A stretch of DNA of 64,000 nucleotides, from assembly GCA_002189035.1 (NCBI GenBank), contig CM007990.1:1426001-1490000 (forward strand), given 5' to 3'. This document shows positions 40,083 to 53,611 of this stretch, piece by piece. Position numbers and translations under genes: made by a program. Position 1 is the first letter of the stretch; the number at the start of each line of letters is the position of its first letter. Below the pieces are notes generated by a model. That model was not told the DNA's origin, ran no database searches, and was given only the letters and a program-made list of their open reading frames with translations. The DNA comes from Utricularia gibba (Eukaryota; Plantae; Magnoliophyta).

Positions 40083-42538
40083 TAAGAACAAAAATTACAC
40101 AATGGGAAACGAGAAAACAGGTTTCAAGGAATCTTCTCCTTCTGGGTTTCTCGATTTTTGGGAGAATAGAGCGTCTCGTCACTCTGCTACAGAGAGAACC
40201 AGCCACGAGATGGTGAATCCGTTGGTGGAGACGGGAGACATTGCGCTTCACTTGGATCACTATTTACATATATATAGTACATATATTCATTTTTTTACAT
40301 GCATATTTTATTCAATAAACCACGCTCCATTTTAATGTCAACAATAATTAATATATGAATATACGTTTATTCTAAAAACAAGAAAACCTCTTTTTTTTAG
40401 TTATTTATACTAAAATTAATGATGCCAGATCACGTGAATTAACGGACGAAAATCACCTACTAATTAGTGGTATGATTTTTTGTTTTTATTTCATAAGAAA
40501 CTAATTTTAGTAGCGTCGATAAATAATTTCAAATTTTGGGTTTCAATTAGGATTTTATTTAATTTTTAAAAATTTTAATCTTTAATTATTTTTTACTAAA
40601 ATTATAAGTTCAGATTTTTTTATTAACTTAAAAAATTATTGAATTTTTTGAAAATATTTTTTAATTAGTTTAATATATTAAATTTGACAATATATATTTT
40701 ATTTTACTTATTTTAAATTATAATTTTATATCATTTCACAAAATAATTTTACAATATCAAATTTATTCTATTATACATAATTTGAAGCATAAAACAAGCT
40801 CCAAATTCCTACTTGAATTTAATCGACGATCAAATCCAACTCGTTTTGGTAAGAAAATCACATTTAAACAATAAAATATCTGGAAATGAGCACGTGGTGG
40901 CTCACGCATCACGAAAACATGGCGGGATAGGAGGAGGGGGTCCAATCCAACGGCTAGCAGCAAACAAAACTGCAAAAGTGTACGTTACGCTTAATGAAAT
41001 TACCGAAACTACCCTCAAACATAATCGATAACCACGGATTCGCCCTGCCGGGTTCATTCAATGTGGAGACAGGCGCGCTGCTGTGTTTCCTGATGGACCC
41101 TGCGTGTACTTTAGCCTGGAATCTCATGTTGATGCTAACCGGCGCCCACTAACCACGTGCACAGTAACCTCGCATCAAGGAAGCCAAAAGCCTTGCGCCG
41201 CGCCGGCCGACGACATAGCCGTTGCATGGCTGGCCCACCCGCGTCCTCCTTTTCCTTCCAAAAAAAAAACCATTTATTTTCTTTCCTTTTTTCCCGCCGA
41301 TTTAATTTATTTATTTACGCCCGCCAAGTATTAAAAAAAAAGATAATATTTATACACAAAATCGAAAATTATAAATTGGTAATGTTATTCTTATGGAATT
41401 CCAGTTGGCCCCCCATGGACATAGGGCTATAAAGAAAGATGCTGGCATGATGATGATGTTGGTCCACCTCCACCATAATTGAAATCTTCATGGGCTCTTT
41501 GAGCTACGCATGGGGTTTGTTCTGGTTGCATTAACTCCATATGCTTATCAAAGTTTTGTCTTTTTCGCAACGACGGTTGTTTTGTGATCCAAAGTGGAAT
41601 TGATTTGAAAAATTATAGCTATGTTTGGAAATCAATTCTATTATAATTTTCAAATGTATACTTGATTCTATTATATGAGAATTGATTTTTGAGAATCAAT
41701 TAAATTTTCGAAAAAGTGTAAATGTACTTCTCATATACAACTGTTTTTTTAAAAATTGATTTTGATAAATAAAGTTAATTAATAAATATTGATAAATAAA
41801 TATTATAAACATTAATTTTGAATTATTGATTTTGAGTTTGATAAATATTGATATTGTATAATGTTTTCTTTAAATAAATTTATAAATAATACATTAATAT
41901 ATATGCAGACATGTTATTTACTTATAAAAAAATCAATTTTTTTTCATTTTAAATATTAATCAATTCAAAAATAATTATTTTAAAAATACATTTAAATATA
42001 TATCAATTCTAATTTTATCAGAATTTTTAGTTATATTAAAATCAATTATGGAATGATTTTTCCAAATGTTACTTATATAACCATAAAATTAGTTATATGT
42101 AATTTGTATTGAATGCAGAGGATTGTATTTGCATGTTTTTTTATTTTACTTCTAAAAAGTACTTCTAAAAAATATTTAATATAATTTAAAAATTGAATCT
42201 TTTTAATTTATTTATATTAAAAATATTTTAAATTCATGAAAGTAAAAATTGATGATGTTTGAAAATAAAAATACTTTTATAAATATATAACATATTTCAA
42301 ACATATCATAGGTTTAGTGCCAGGTGCACATAATATAAGGTGGATTCCATCCCCTTATATTCCCATGAATATCTGTTAGATTCCAACCTATTTTCCTAAT
42401 AAATTCAATTAATAATGCATTATTTTTTACTCTCACAGGAGATGTGCTGAGGGGCAAAAAGGGAAAGTAATTGAATTAACGTTGAAATATTTTAAATGAG
42501 ATGCTTGAAAGAGTGGTCGATGCCAGATCCCTTTGCGC

Positions 42539-42907
42539 CAGCGTTTTAAATAATGGTTTGCCCGTCCAACCGGTGTAGTTTGCGGCAGCGGTTGGACCGG
42601 TCAGACCGTGGTCAAACCGGCCATATCCATTGGTCACTTTTTAAATATATTTTATAATAAATTTGCAATATTTCATTCTAATGCATATCTTCAAAAAATA
42701 ACAACTTATAAATAAGTGTATAAATATAATAACTTGATATCATATTAAAGTCTCAACTCAAGATGTCTAACTAAATAAATGTTCGAAATATAACAGGCAA
42801 CCTAATGAAGTATTTATACAACTCGGACCTCAACCCGACCGGTATGGTTACCGGGTATCGGTTGGACCGGCAACCCGCGCGATCTGACCGCAGTTTTTAA
42901 AACGCTG
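42539..42907. mobile_element. hAT-family MITE (369 bp)
   Basis: 12-bp perfect TIR CAGCGTTTTAAA and perfect 8-bp TSD CTTTGCGC (42531-42538 and 42908-42915). CCGG-rich subterminal repeats surround an AT-rich non-coding core. Confidence 0.93.
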
Positions 42908-43515
42908 CTTTGCGCTGTCAAATTACGAAACAAACCTCACTGTGTGTTCATGGTGTAAGACCTATTAATTTTCAATTAGTCGATATTATTTATTAAGGCA
43001 TCGACCCAACCGTGAGCTGACACGTGGGCGCACAGAAATGGGGGAAATGAGACAAATACCCCATTTTTTTAATTCCATCTGTAATTTATCATATATGCAC
43101 ACAAAATGCTATATAATTTATACTGAGTTTTTAATCTTAGAGTGTGTTTGATATAGAGGATAAAGGAGGATAGTTAAATGAGAAAAAAATAGAATGTTTG
43201 ATAAATGTGATAAATTATATTTAAAATAATTTGGGAGTGGGGTTAAGATAAAATTATATTGCCATATAACTCTTTTTATATATTCTCTCTTATTTTTATT
43301 ATAATTTATTTATATATCAAACATATTTTTAAATCATTTATTTTTCACAAATTTACTATTATACTAATACACAAAATTACCAGCAAAATAAACATCACCA
43401 TGGTTACCTCTACTATATATACTTGGGTGAAGGTTGATTTTGAAAAGTACCTATTGTTAAAACGATATGATAAAATTACTAATCATGTATATAATTTTTT
43501 GTGTTTAGTATATAA

Positions 43516-43894
43516 GCGTGCGTTTGGTTCGTAGGATAAGTTATCCCAAGATAAAATTAAGTTAGGATACTAGGATAGAATTAGATGAGATTGTATTTTG
43601 ATGTGTTTGATTTATGTTATAATAATTGGGATATGATAGTTGTTTGTATAGTTAAAATAACGAAAATGTAATTATTTTTTTGAATTGAGTTTTTTATTAA
43701 AAAAACAAAGTGCATTTATGGTATTGTCAGGGGATTAAATTATCACATCCAATAATCTCGGACTATTTTATTCTAATTTCGTGTAATAAAAAATCTGTAC
43801 AGTAACAGATAATTAATTCCTTATTCGTAACCAAACACCGAATAACGATATATCATTTAATTATCCCTTCTTATCCCACGAACCAAACGCACCA
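43516..43894. mobile_element. Tourist-like (PIF/Harbinger) MITE (379 bp)
   Basis: TIR core GTGCGTTTGGTTCGT(A/G)GGATAAG at both ends, flanked by TAA (43513-43515 and 43895-43897). The two terminal bases mismatch. Confidence 0.82.
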
Positions 43895-44692
43895 TAATAG
43901 ATAAATCAAAGATAGTGAATTTTATAAACGACTTGGGTGAACCATGACCTTCTAATAGCTGTCCCTCCACATTATCTCTTTACATCCAATGACTATGACT
44001 CCTACCTAACATTACACCTACTCATTGGCGACTCCCAATTCAATATTGACCTCAAAGAGGTGATCCCATCAACAAGTCAAGCTGCTATTACAAAAAGAGA
44101 CCTACAACTGACGGCATAGAAATGGTGCCATTCTCCTTCACATATAATTAAAGCCAATCCCCAATTGGTTAGTATTTGCTCAACAACCCTTCGAAGCCGG
44201 GATAAAGGCATGATTTTGTGCGAATAAATACCAATATTATAACATAGTATTATTTAAACATAAATTTTAGAAAATAATATATTAAATTATTTTTTTCGAT
44301 TATCCTAACGGTCAATTGAATTATAATTATTATTTAAGCTTGGGACAAGCCTAAATAAAAAAAAAGAGACAAGTTAATATTCATTTTATATTTTAACATT
44401 ATGTAATATATACAATGATTACTATATACTAATTTTTTTATATAAAAATGGGTGAGGCGACAGCTACCAACACCACCATCATTTTTCTTTTTTTTTTTTA
44501 AATATTTATTTTAAACATTTTTCCACAATAAATTACAGATCAAGTGTCTAATTCAATATTTTTATGATAAGAAATTACTATGAGAAGATATCGCAGTCGT
44601 TATAGATTTGCGAGGATTTTCTTTGTTGCTAGGGACTTAGGTCTAACTTGTAATAAAACATCGTCTCTACACTTCACGAGCTCTGCTCTGCC

Positions 44693-46623
44693 ATGGGTGA
44701 GGCATCGCCGGCGATCAGGTTTGGGATACTCGGCTGTGCCGATATAGCGCGGAAAGTTTCTCGTGCGATAATTCTCAGCCCAAATTCTACTATCGCCGCC
44801 ATCGGCAGCCGGTCGGAGGCCAAGGCGGCAAAATATGCTGAGGAAAATGGATTCCCCGACACCGTTAAGGTGTACGGATCCTATGACGCGGTTTTAGAAG
44901 ACCCGGATGTGGATGTTGCCTATATACCTCTGCCGACGAGCCTTCACCTGAAGTGGGCGGTGCTCGCCGCCCAGAAGAAGAAGCACGTCCTTTTGGAGAA
45001 GCCAGTCGCGTTGAACGTCAAGGAGCTCGATGAGATTCTCGAGGCGTGTCACTCGAACGGGGTGCAATTCATGGATGCCACTATGTGGATGCATCATCCG
45101 AGGACTTCCAAGATGAAGGAGTTCCTCTTGGATTCTGCTCGATTTGGACAAGTCATGTCTGTAAGTTTGAGTTATCCTTCACGTCTCTCGCTCGGAGAAG
45201 TCTTAAACTCATTATGCTTTGTGATGCCATATTTTTAGGGATTTAGAAAGGAGGTAGTGAAGTTGATTAAGCGAAAGGCAGATGAAATGGTTGTACTTGT
45301 TTCGTCTATATGGGTGAAGAGTTTTAGATTTGCAAGGTCCAGGGTAGGCTGGTTTAGCTGATCTCTTGTGATCTCTTGTCTTTGCTGTGATGGCTCTGCT
45401 CAAACCAAATCCCTGCTAAAAATTTCTGATAGCATGCATCTTTTGAATTTCAATGAAGCTAATGTTGAGATGCAACATTTAGCATTGGTGAAGGAACTTA
45501 TCAATGGGGGTGAAGAATTCGATTATTGAATGCTAAACATTCAACACTGCTGATACTTGTGAACTCTTTTTTTTGTGGTTAGCTTTCTGGCTGCAGATAG
45601 TGATGTCATAACTGTGATGGTAACTTTGTTAACGTGAATTTGAATAGGAGCAGGTGGGGCACATATTTCTGTGTTCTAATATCTGTTTTCTAATACCAGT
45701 ACTCACACCAAGTCTACTCAACATTTTTACTAGTTTTGAGGGCAAGGTGAACATAATAAGCATGATTCCAGACAATTTTCAGTGATACACTTAGCATTTC
45801 ATACACTGGCTTAGTGTAGGGAAGGTTGGGACCCCATTCCAATCCATGTTTGATCACGGCAACGGTTGTTGATGGCGATTTCATAAGTGCAGAGAAAACC
45901 ATATTCCTTAATGTGTTGTCGTTCTTCATCACCGGCTTACCTTGTATTTTGAATGACTTTTTTTTTCCCCTAAAAAGAACTTAGCATTTCATGTCACTAC
46001 AGGTCTCTAGCAGCTTCACTTTTGGTGCAAAGAAAGAATTCCTGGAGAACAACATTCGGGTGAAGTCTGATCTGGATGCCCTTGGAGCACTAGGTGATGT
46101 AGGATGGTACTGCATCCGATCAATATTATGGGCTGCAGATTTCGAATTACCCAACTCAGTTCATGCTCTGAAAGGCACAGTTTTCAACACAGAAGGTGTG
46201 ATCTTAGCCTGCAGTGCTTCTCTGCATTGGGGAAACGGGAAGACAGCCACCTTCCACTGCTCATTCCTGGCCAACATGACAATGGATGTCAGAGTAGACG
46301 GAACGAATGGAACTTTACGCCTACACGACTTCGTAATCCCCTTCGAGGAGAACAAGGCCGCCTTCATAACCTCTGTGGATGCAGGATTCAAGCATCTTGT
46401 GACCGGATGGGAGCCAGTTCCAAGTGAGCACATCGTCGCCACCGAGCTCCCGCAGGAAGCTCTCATGATCAAGGAATTCTCCAGGCTTGTCGGAAATATC
46501 AAGCTGGAGGGAGCAGCGCCGGAGAAGAAATGGCCGACCATCAGCCGAAAGACGCAGCTTGTTGTGGATGCAGTCAAGGCATCCATAGACAAAGGGAATG
46601 CTGTTGTTGAAGTTGCAGAATAG
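44693..46623 (+). CDS. Gfo/Idh/MocA family NAD(P)-dependent oxidoreductase (At4g09670-like)
   Basis: Exons 44693-45160 and 46003-46623. Rossmann motif RFGILGCADIA, HVLLEKP, and ALGDVGWYCIR. Confidence 0.93.
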
Positions 46624-47521
46624 CTGTGGGAATACATGCTTCTCGATCAAATAATGTTGCAAATGATGCTGACTTCTTGCCTGTGATTCTAGAAACTTCC
46701 GCGGTGTATAAAGTGGAATAATAGCATACAAAATCTCCACTGTCTAACTTTCTTTGGTAAAAATAATATTTATCATTTAATATAAATTAGATGTTAAGTT
46801 TTTATTAATGAAATTTATTTTTACAATTTGACGTATTGAGTATATTTAGTTTTCAAGATTTGGTATTGAAATAGTAAAAATTAAAAATAAGTAATATTTT
46901 TTATTATTTAAATATCAAATATATTTGATCTTTATTATTTAAAATCAATTACATCTTAGTATTATTTTTGTATTTGCTATAATTTAACAGTATACAGCCC
47001 AATTGTTTAGATTTTGTATACAAATAATTTCCCATTTTTTTCATTTTAATAAAATTAATTTTTATTATAAAATGCTAATTCTACCTAGAATTTGAATAAT
47101 CTGAAGTATTATTCTATCTTGATATAGCGTTTTGAATAGAAAACTTATTAAAAGTTTCTTGCGCATTTTTTGTTGTATTTTTTCTTTTATCTTATGCATA
47201 TCTTGAATTTCAATTAATTTGTTTGTCAAAATCCCTTTTGGATTTAATAGATATCAAGGTTATTTTAAATCAAAGTCTAATAATTTGAATATTCTAATCA
47301 ATTATTTTGAGAAAAATTGTCAATTTTTTCAAAACAAATACGATTACAATTTTTGATGATTGTGTACTTTTTTAAAAAAAATATTCTTGAACAAAGATTA
47401 TAATTAATTTTCATAATTTTATAGTATAAAATATACATATTAAAATGTATGATTTTAATAAATTAAGAATATAGAAATACCATCAAATCGAAGGTTTTCC
47501 GGTGAGACGCCAGGTTCAACA

Positions 47522-50045
47522 ATGGCGTTGCAGACGGGCGTTGGGGCGTCGAAGTTCTTGATTGTCATCGGAGCAGGTTTCCCGTCTATCTGTTATTCAT
47601 CCTTTGTTGGTTCTATTCGCCTTTTTTATATTCTGGATTGAATTAGCAAATTGCGGCCTTGGTATCGCTATTGCTGAGATTAGAAGTTTGAGCTCTTATT
47701 ATTGTGCATTAGCACTTGGAGTCGGAATTATCTGGACGGGGTTCGGAAGTTTATTTGATATGGGAACATAATTTCTTAGCGATTTTTGGAACATAAAGTA
47801 CAAGGAGTTCCAGGATATTATTCTTGATAAGAAAAGGTCATTTTTTTCGAATTCAATAGGAAGCAGTGTTTAGAGGCTTGAAGTGACCCGAACGTTATGT
47901 TATGTTCTTAATTTTGCATGCTAAAGGAGTTTGTAAAATTGGGTTTTATACAGGTTTAACTGGAACTGTCGTCTTGAAGAGTGGGCACCTGTCTGATCTG
48001 ATTTCAAATCTTCAGGAGTTGATAAGTAGGATAAATGACGCTGAAACATCACCTGGGAAGTATGATGCTGCCGCTATTGCAGCTCAGGTGTGTAGAGTTA
48101 ACCTACTTTACTCTTAGCATGATTGTCTCAGATGATCTGTGTATGGTAAGTGCTCACGAATCTTTATGTAAATGCCCTCCCATCAGGTTCGGCAGTTGGC
48201 AAAGGAGATTAAGGAGTTAAGCCTGTCAAATCCTGTCACTATTTTGAACACAAATTCAGCCTCAGGTGGTCCATAATACGCGTTTCTTGTATAATAGCCT
48301 TTTTTTTTTGTGGCGCCTTTTGATATTCAACGGTACTTGTGTGAAGGTTATCTAATGAGTGTGACCAAGGGATTCTGCAAAATGAATTTTTGTACTGCTT
48401 TTTCTGAAGCCACTAGTCAGGTTATGTCTAACTCATCTAATTTTTCAGGAAGTTTAGCTTCGTGCATATTTCCGGCAGCTGCTCTAGGTGTAATGGGATA
48501 CTGTTACATGTGGTGGAAGGCAAGGATTTATACTTGTAATTGCATACTAAAAACGGTGATTGTGATTTCCACAGGCCGTATATTTTTATTGTCACCCATG
48601 TGTTCCATTGTTTGACAGGGGCTATCATTTTCTGATGTCATGTTTGTCACAAAGAAAAATATGGCGAATGCGGTTGCAACAGTCTCAAAGCAGTTAGAGA
48701 ATGTTTCTGAGGCATTAGCTGTAAGTATTCGCTCAAATTTTACCTGTGCTGGACACATGGACTTCATCAATGCCCTTTGGTTTCTATATTTCTTCATCAA
48801 CGGGTTTCGCCTTCTAAGACTCATTTAATGTTGCATTTATGCAGTTAACAAAAAAGCACTTGACAAAACGAATCGAGGGCCTTGACATGAAGGTAGATGA
48901 GCAGAGAGAGCTATCCAAACTCGTTGCCAATGATGTATGTGTTACCACATATTTCAATTGTTCTGCATTTCCTTTTTTTTTTTCATCAGCGTTCTGCACT
49001 TCCTTTTGTATCCAAGACATCATTGCAAATATCAAAATATGTTTTTTAATCCTTGTGCTGAGAATTAGGCATTATAGCATTTGGAGGTCAAGTTATTACT
49101 CCATTCATCATCATCATGATGTCATCGACTTGTGTCTTGTTTGACTTTGAGCATCACGGCTAATGGGGTTGCATATTCAGGTCACTGAGGTCAGATGTGA
49201 TCTTAGCCAGATAGGAATTGATATTGACCTGATACAGAAGATGGTGTCTGGTTTGGTAAGAGAAGGATTTTTAAATTAAGATCTCTTGAGCCAGAATATG
49301 AAACAATCTTCTTTGATTGAATTACAGGAAGGAAAAATTGATCTTCTTGAAAGCAGCCAGGTATGTTTCAGCTTTATTGTTTATCCGTGAAATACAAAAG
49401 GTTGGTAATATGACTGCCTTCCATTGCCCACAGGACGAGACTAATTCAGGCCTGTTATATCTCTGTCAAGTGGCTTCAAATATTCAAGATGGTGGCATGT
49501 CTAAAATTGTTAAGGTAATCAAGCAACCAAGTCATTCCGTTTCCTGGTTTTATGTAATAATCTCCCAAGAATCTCTTTTCTCATTGAAGAATTGCTATGA
49601 CACTTTTGGGTATCAACCGAGTCATTCATGCTTTCTGTCTTTACGCTGATTGCATTTTGTTATGAAGCTTTTTTCTTTTGTATTAATCACAAAGTCGTCT
49701 TCCATAATCTGATAGGACGTTGGGTCAAAAATCATAGAGCAGTCAGCTGCAGAGAGGACGAAGGTAATTGAATCATGGTGGAAATTAGCACAATAACCTC
49801 TCGTGTGTTTTGTCTATTACTCATGCCGCCGGGCTGCAAAGTCCGCACTTACCTTTTTATTTTGCGTTTATGGTAAATGCAGGGCCTCCAGTTTATTATC
49901 GAAGATAAAACAAAGGATACAGAAAAAACAGCAGACATGAACAAGGGTGCTTGTTTGTCTGGTGATAAAACAGACGCTCCGAAAATGACCATTCGCAGGT
50001 CCTATGCGGTTGGCCTTTCATTTTCCCAAGGCATCGTGAGTTAAG
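47522..50045 (+). CDS. DUF1664 family coiled-coil protein (At1g27000-like)
   Basis: Eleven exons give a continuous frame: MALQTGVGASKFLIVIGAGLTGTV.., GYCYMWWK|GLSFSDVMFVTKKNMANAV.., ..RSYAVGLSFSQGIVS. Intron 48520-48618 is GC-AG. Confidence 0.87.
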
Positions 50046-50449
50046 GTATGTGCGCCTTGCATCCCTTTTGGTTGAGTATTATGCATCTCTTTGGGCTCTG
50101 GGCTTGAATGCAATAAAACACGCACATGCAGGAAATGCTGATACTGATGCCGGCTCTCAAACATCGCCTGGTACTCTGTCAATAGTTCGTGCATTGTTTG
50201 CATGAGACATCCCCTGTCACGTATATACATACGTACCGTGTTCTTGCACTGAACTGGTGCATGGATTCTGTACTTCAAGATTTTGATGTTTTAAACATAT
50301 CTAACACCATTCTAGTGGCTGCGGTTGGACAGCCCGGTTCATCATATTCCACTGTCTGCCCCTAAGCCATTGTAAGAATGACAACAATAAAAGGTGAAAT
50401 TGAGGTATTGTACTCCGTGTTGCTGACTGCCCAACATAGGCGGATTCAT

Positions 50450-53429
50450 TCATTCAATAAGTGATATGCAGAGAGCAACCGCGATTCCAAGAACGAAGGA
50501 CATTAACTCGATGATGGCGTTTCGCAGACTCGAAACAGTTGTGTTTATCTCTGCCAACACTCCAAGGGATATGTAGATGAAACCGCCAGCAGTGAGGCCC
50601 TGCCAGGATTTATCAGTAGGAAGAAGAAATAAGGTGCCTGATAATAGCAGCTGAACATATGAAAAAGCCTCACCTCTATAATGGATGATTGCCCCGGATC
50701 CTTTCCCCAGGTTAGAGCCTGCAAAATGATGCAGAAGAGCTTTAGTATGGATTTGAATCGAGTATGTGGCAAGTAGATGCAATAAAACTCAAGCTTCTTA
50801 TGTGGATGGGGGAATGCAGACCAATGCAGTTCCTGCTAATGCGACCAATGCAGACAGGAAGTTGAAGAACAGAGCTTTTGACGTGCTGAAACCAGATCTC
50901 ACGAGGATGCCAAAATCACCAATCTGCACAAGCAGCAGGATTCAGTCCAACTCAACTGTACAGTTGTTCAGACTCATTCCTTCGTGTCATGACATGAAAA
51001 TCATGTTCTCACAGACTAGCTAACTCATGCACAAGCATTGGGCAATTGCAAGAAGGCAAAGCCAAAAGTCATTGGCATAATCCACATAAAAAATGGATAC
51101 GACACTAAATGGAAGAAAAATGGGAGGAAGCTTGTCAAGGGGAATGGATACCTCTTGTGGTAGCTCGTGAGCGAGCAAAAACAGAGTTCTTGACCAACCA
51201 CCAATTGATCCATAGAGAAGGAAAGCACTACCCAACGCCATTCCATCAGTAAAATTATGCTGCAGCCAGACGTTTCAATGAAATGAAAAAAAAATTGAAA
51301 ACAGCATAAAGTACAACCAGGAGATGGAAAAATACTAGATACCGAAGACTTACAACTCCATCTGAGAAGAGGTTCAAGTAACCAAACACCAAATTTGACT
51401 GTGTTTGTACAGGCTCTGGTGTTTCTGCATGCTTAGTGTTATTAGATTCAGAGACATCACCAGGAGAGTCCGTTCTCTCAGGAGAAACACAATGAGGATT
51501 TCTCTGGATAAAATTCAAGTAAAATATAATGGCTTGTAATTGGCACATCAAACAAAATGATTCACACAGAAGATTACCAGTTTCTTACCGTACCTTTCGA
51601 AGCCCATCACTTTCACTTACAAGGTCACCGGTTGTTACAGTGTCTTTTAGATCATTACATGTTTTCCGATCAGAGGTCTCCTCAGATAAGCCTCTCTTTT
51701 CCTCTTCCCTTTCATGAGACAACCCTTTATTATATTCATGTGAATCCCCATCCCTCAACTTTTCCAGGTGTTTATGGTGGTGATGACGGTGGCCCAATGC
51801 ATTTTTTCCGGTAGAAGAATCTTCAATAAACCTCACGAGTTTCTCAACAATCAAGAAAAGCACAATCCCAGCTGCATGAAGAAGGACCATGATCACATTC
51901 ATCCATACAAAACCTTTGGGATTATTTAAAAAAATACATCCAAATAAGTTGCTTTCTGTTTTAAAACCATTTGAAAACCATGCACTGTAAATGCATGAGA
52001 GGCAATTGTTTAGCTCTTCGAGTATCTCCTAGTATTGCATGTTTACTCACCTAAGATGGACAGGCCAATAGAAAGCTCCTTTATGGAGTGTGAATGTGAC
52101 TGCCCGGAGTGCACATGATTATGATCATGCTCGCCATGGTGATCATGTGAATGTGAGTTTCCACCACCTTCAGAGAAGAAAACTGTTTCTTATTCGAAAG
52201 AAGAAAAAAACGTTAAAAAAAAACCACTAAAACTTCAAATCAGGGTATCCTCCTTTTGTTTTTCCAAACTAATTTTTTCAATCACCAAAGCTATTTATTC
52301 AATACCAAAAGCATGAGGCAACTGATGAAGGAAAGCATCACCCAGCATCGCTCCTGCCTGTATCATTGAATTCAAGAGAAAATCAGGATGGAAACTCAGC
52401 ATGAGTATGATCTGATACAAAGCCGCCACCATTCATTGGAACATCGAACTTATATTTAGAATTAACATAAAAATCTGCTTATTCGTCATGATATTTTTCT
52501 ACTATGGAAGAAAAATCCATCTTGCACCATGGCCAATCTCTTAGGGCATGCGTTTATCTTTAATTAGATACTAGACCTAATAATGACTAGAAAAAAACGG
52601 GCTATCTCCAATCGTATAGACAGCCATTTTAACAGGAAAGAAAACAATGAAGAGAAAGATATGAACAAACGCACCCCAAATAACGCCAACGCATCCACAA
52701 CCGTCTTTGATGGCTTCCCTTTGGCTGCACACAAAATACCGAGGCACATGTTTGTATATTAAAAGGTAAACATCCATTTTGTCGAGAGGACTAGAATGAA
52801 GTACTAGCATTTGCAAATTAGAGCTACTCACTGAATATTACAGGTAAGAAAATCAGGCAAACAAGTGAAGCCAAGCTAACCAATAGCGAGCAAGCGAGGG
52901 CGGCGATCCAAAGGTCTGCAAATGGTATAGAGTGTCAAGCATTAGACTGCCAAAAAATATAACTAAGAACTAAGTGGTGTTTAAGTCCTACAAGATCTAG
53001 CCAACTGGTCACTGACTTGAAAGCGCAATACTACAAATAGAGATCATTGATCGCCAAGCAACCGATTTCTAACCATGAAATAATTGTCGGAATAGACACA
53101 AAAACCAAAGAATAAGACTTACTAAACCCAGAAAGATCAACATATCCATCACGGATATGGTCATGAACTCCATGGCCATGGTCATGGTAATTATTCCACA
53201 TCATTTCCAAATCTTCTTCTTCAGCAATTTCCTCCGGAAGCAGCGGCTCTCGCTGTATTTTCTCATTCATGATCGGGGACTCATCATGATGCACATGATG
53301 AATATGGTTGTGGTGGTGTCCGTGGCTACACTGGTGGGCTAAAGCCATTCTAAGCCACAATCCAGAAACGGTCATAGTACACAATAAGTAGAAGTAGATC
53401 CGCTGCTGCCCTCTAGAAATCCCACCCAT
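50450..53429 (-). CDS. IAR1: ZIP/LIV-1 family metal transporter, IAA-alanine resistance protein 1-like
   Basis: Eleven exons. Signal peptide, His-rich ectodomain with LPEEIAEEEDL, AGAMLGDAFLHQLPHAF, a His-rich loop, and TM4/TM5 motifs HNFTDGMALG and AHELPQEIGDFGIL. Confidence 0.94.
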
Positions 53430-53503
53430 TTTCTTCCAAAGAAACAATCTTTGTTTCCGAACTAGAAAATAAAATCAGGAATTCGAAGTGGGTTTTAAGG
53501 AGT

Positions 53504-53611
53504 CTACGAGGGGCGGTTTCCCTTGCAGATCCCCTCAACCGCGATGAAGCAAACTATGCATAAAAATAGGATAATCATACCCACGATGATTCCGAACGTA
53601 ACCACGTCCAT
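53504..53611 (-). CDS. Putative upstream micropeptide ORF (35 aa, single TM helix) in the IAR1 leader
   Basis: MDVVTFGIIVGMIILFLCIVCFIAVEGICKGNRPS*. Start context AAAATGG. T occupies codon position 2 in 17 of codons 3-25, versus 6 each at positions 1 and 3. Below the ORF-track length cutoff; translation unproven. Confidence 0.45.
   Translation of the reverse strand: MDVVTFGIIVGMIILFLCIVCFIAVEGICKGNRPS

Noticed and set aside
41445-41475. GTCCACCTCC resembling the 3' half of miR394
   Set aside because: Only 10 nt match, the 5' half is absent and no fold-back partner was seen.
43937-44150. 60-aa ORF in a compositionally distinct patch
   Set aside because: Non-ATG start and no motif. Possibly a retroelement relic, but unsupported.
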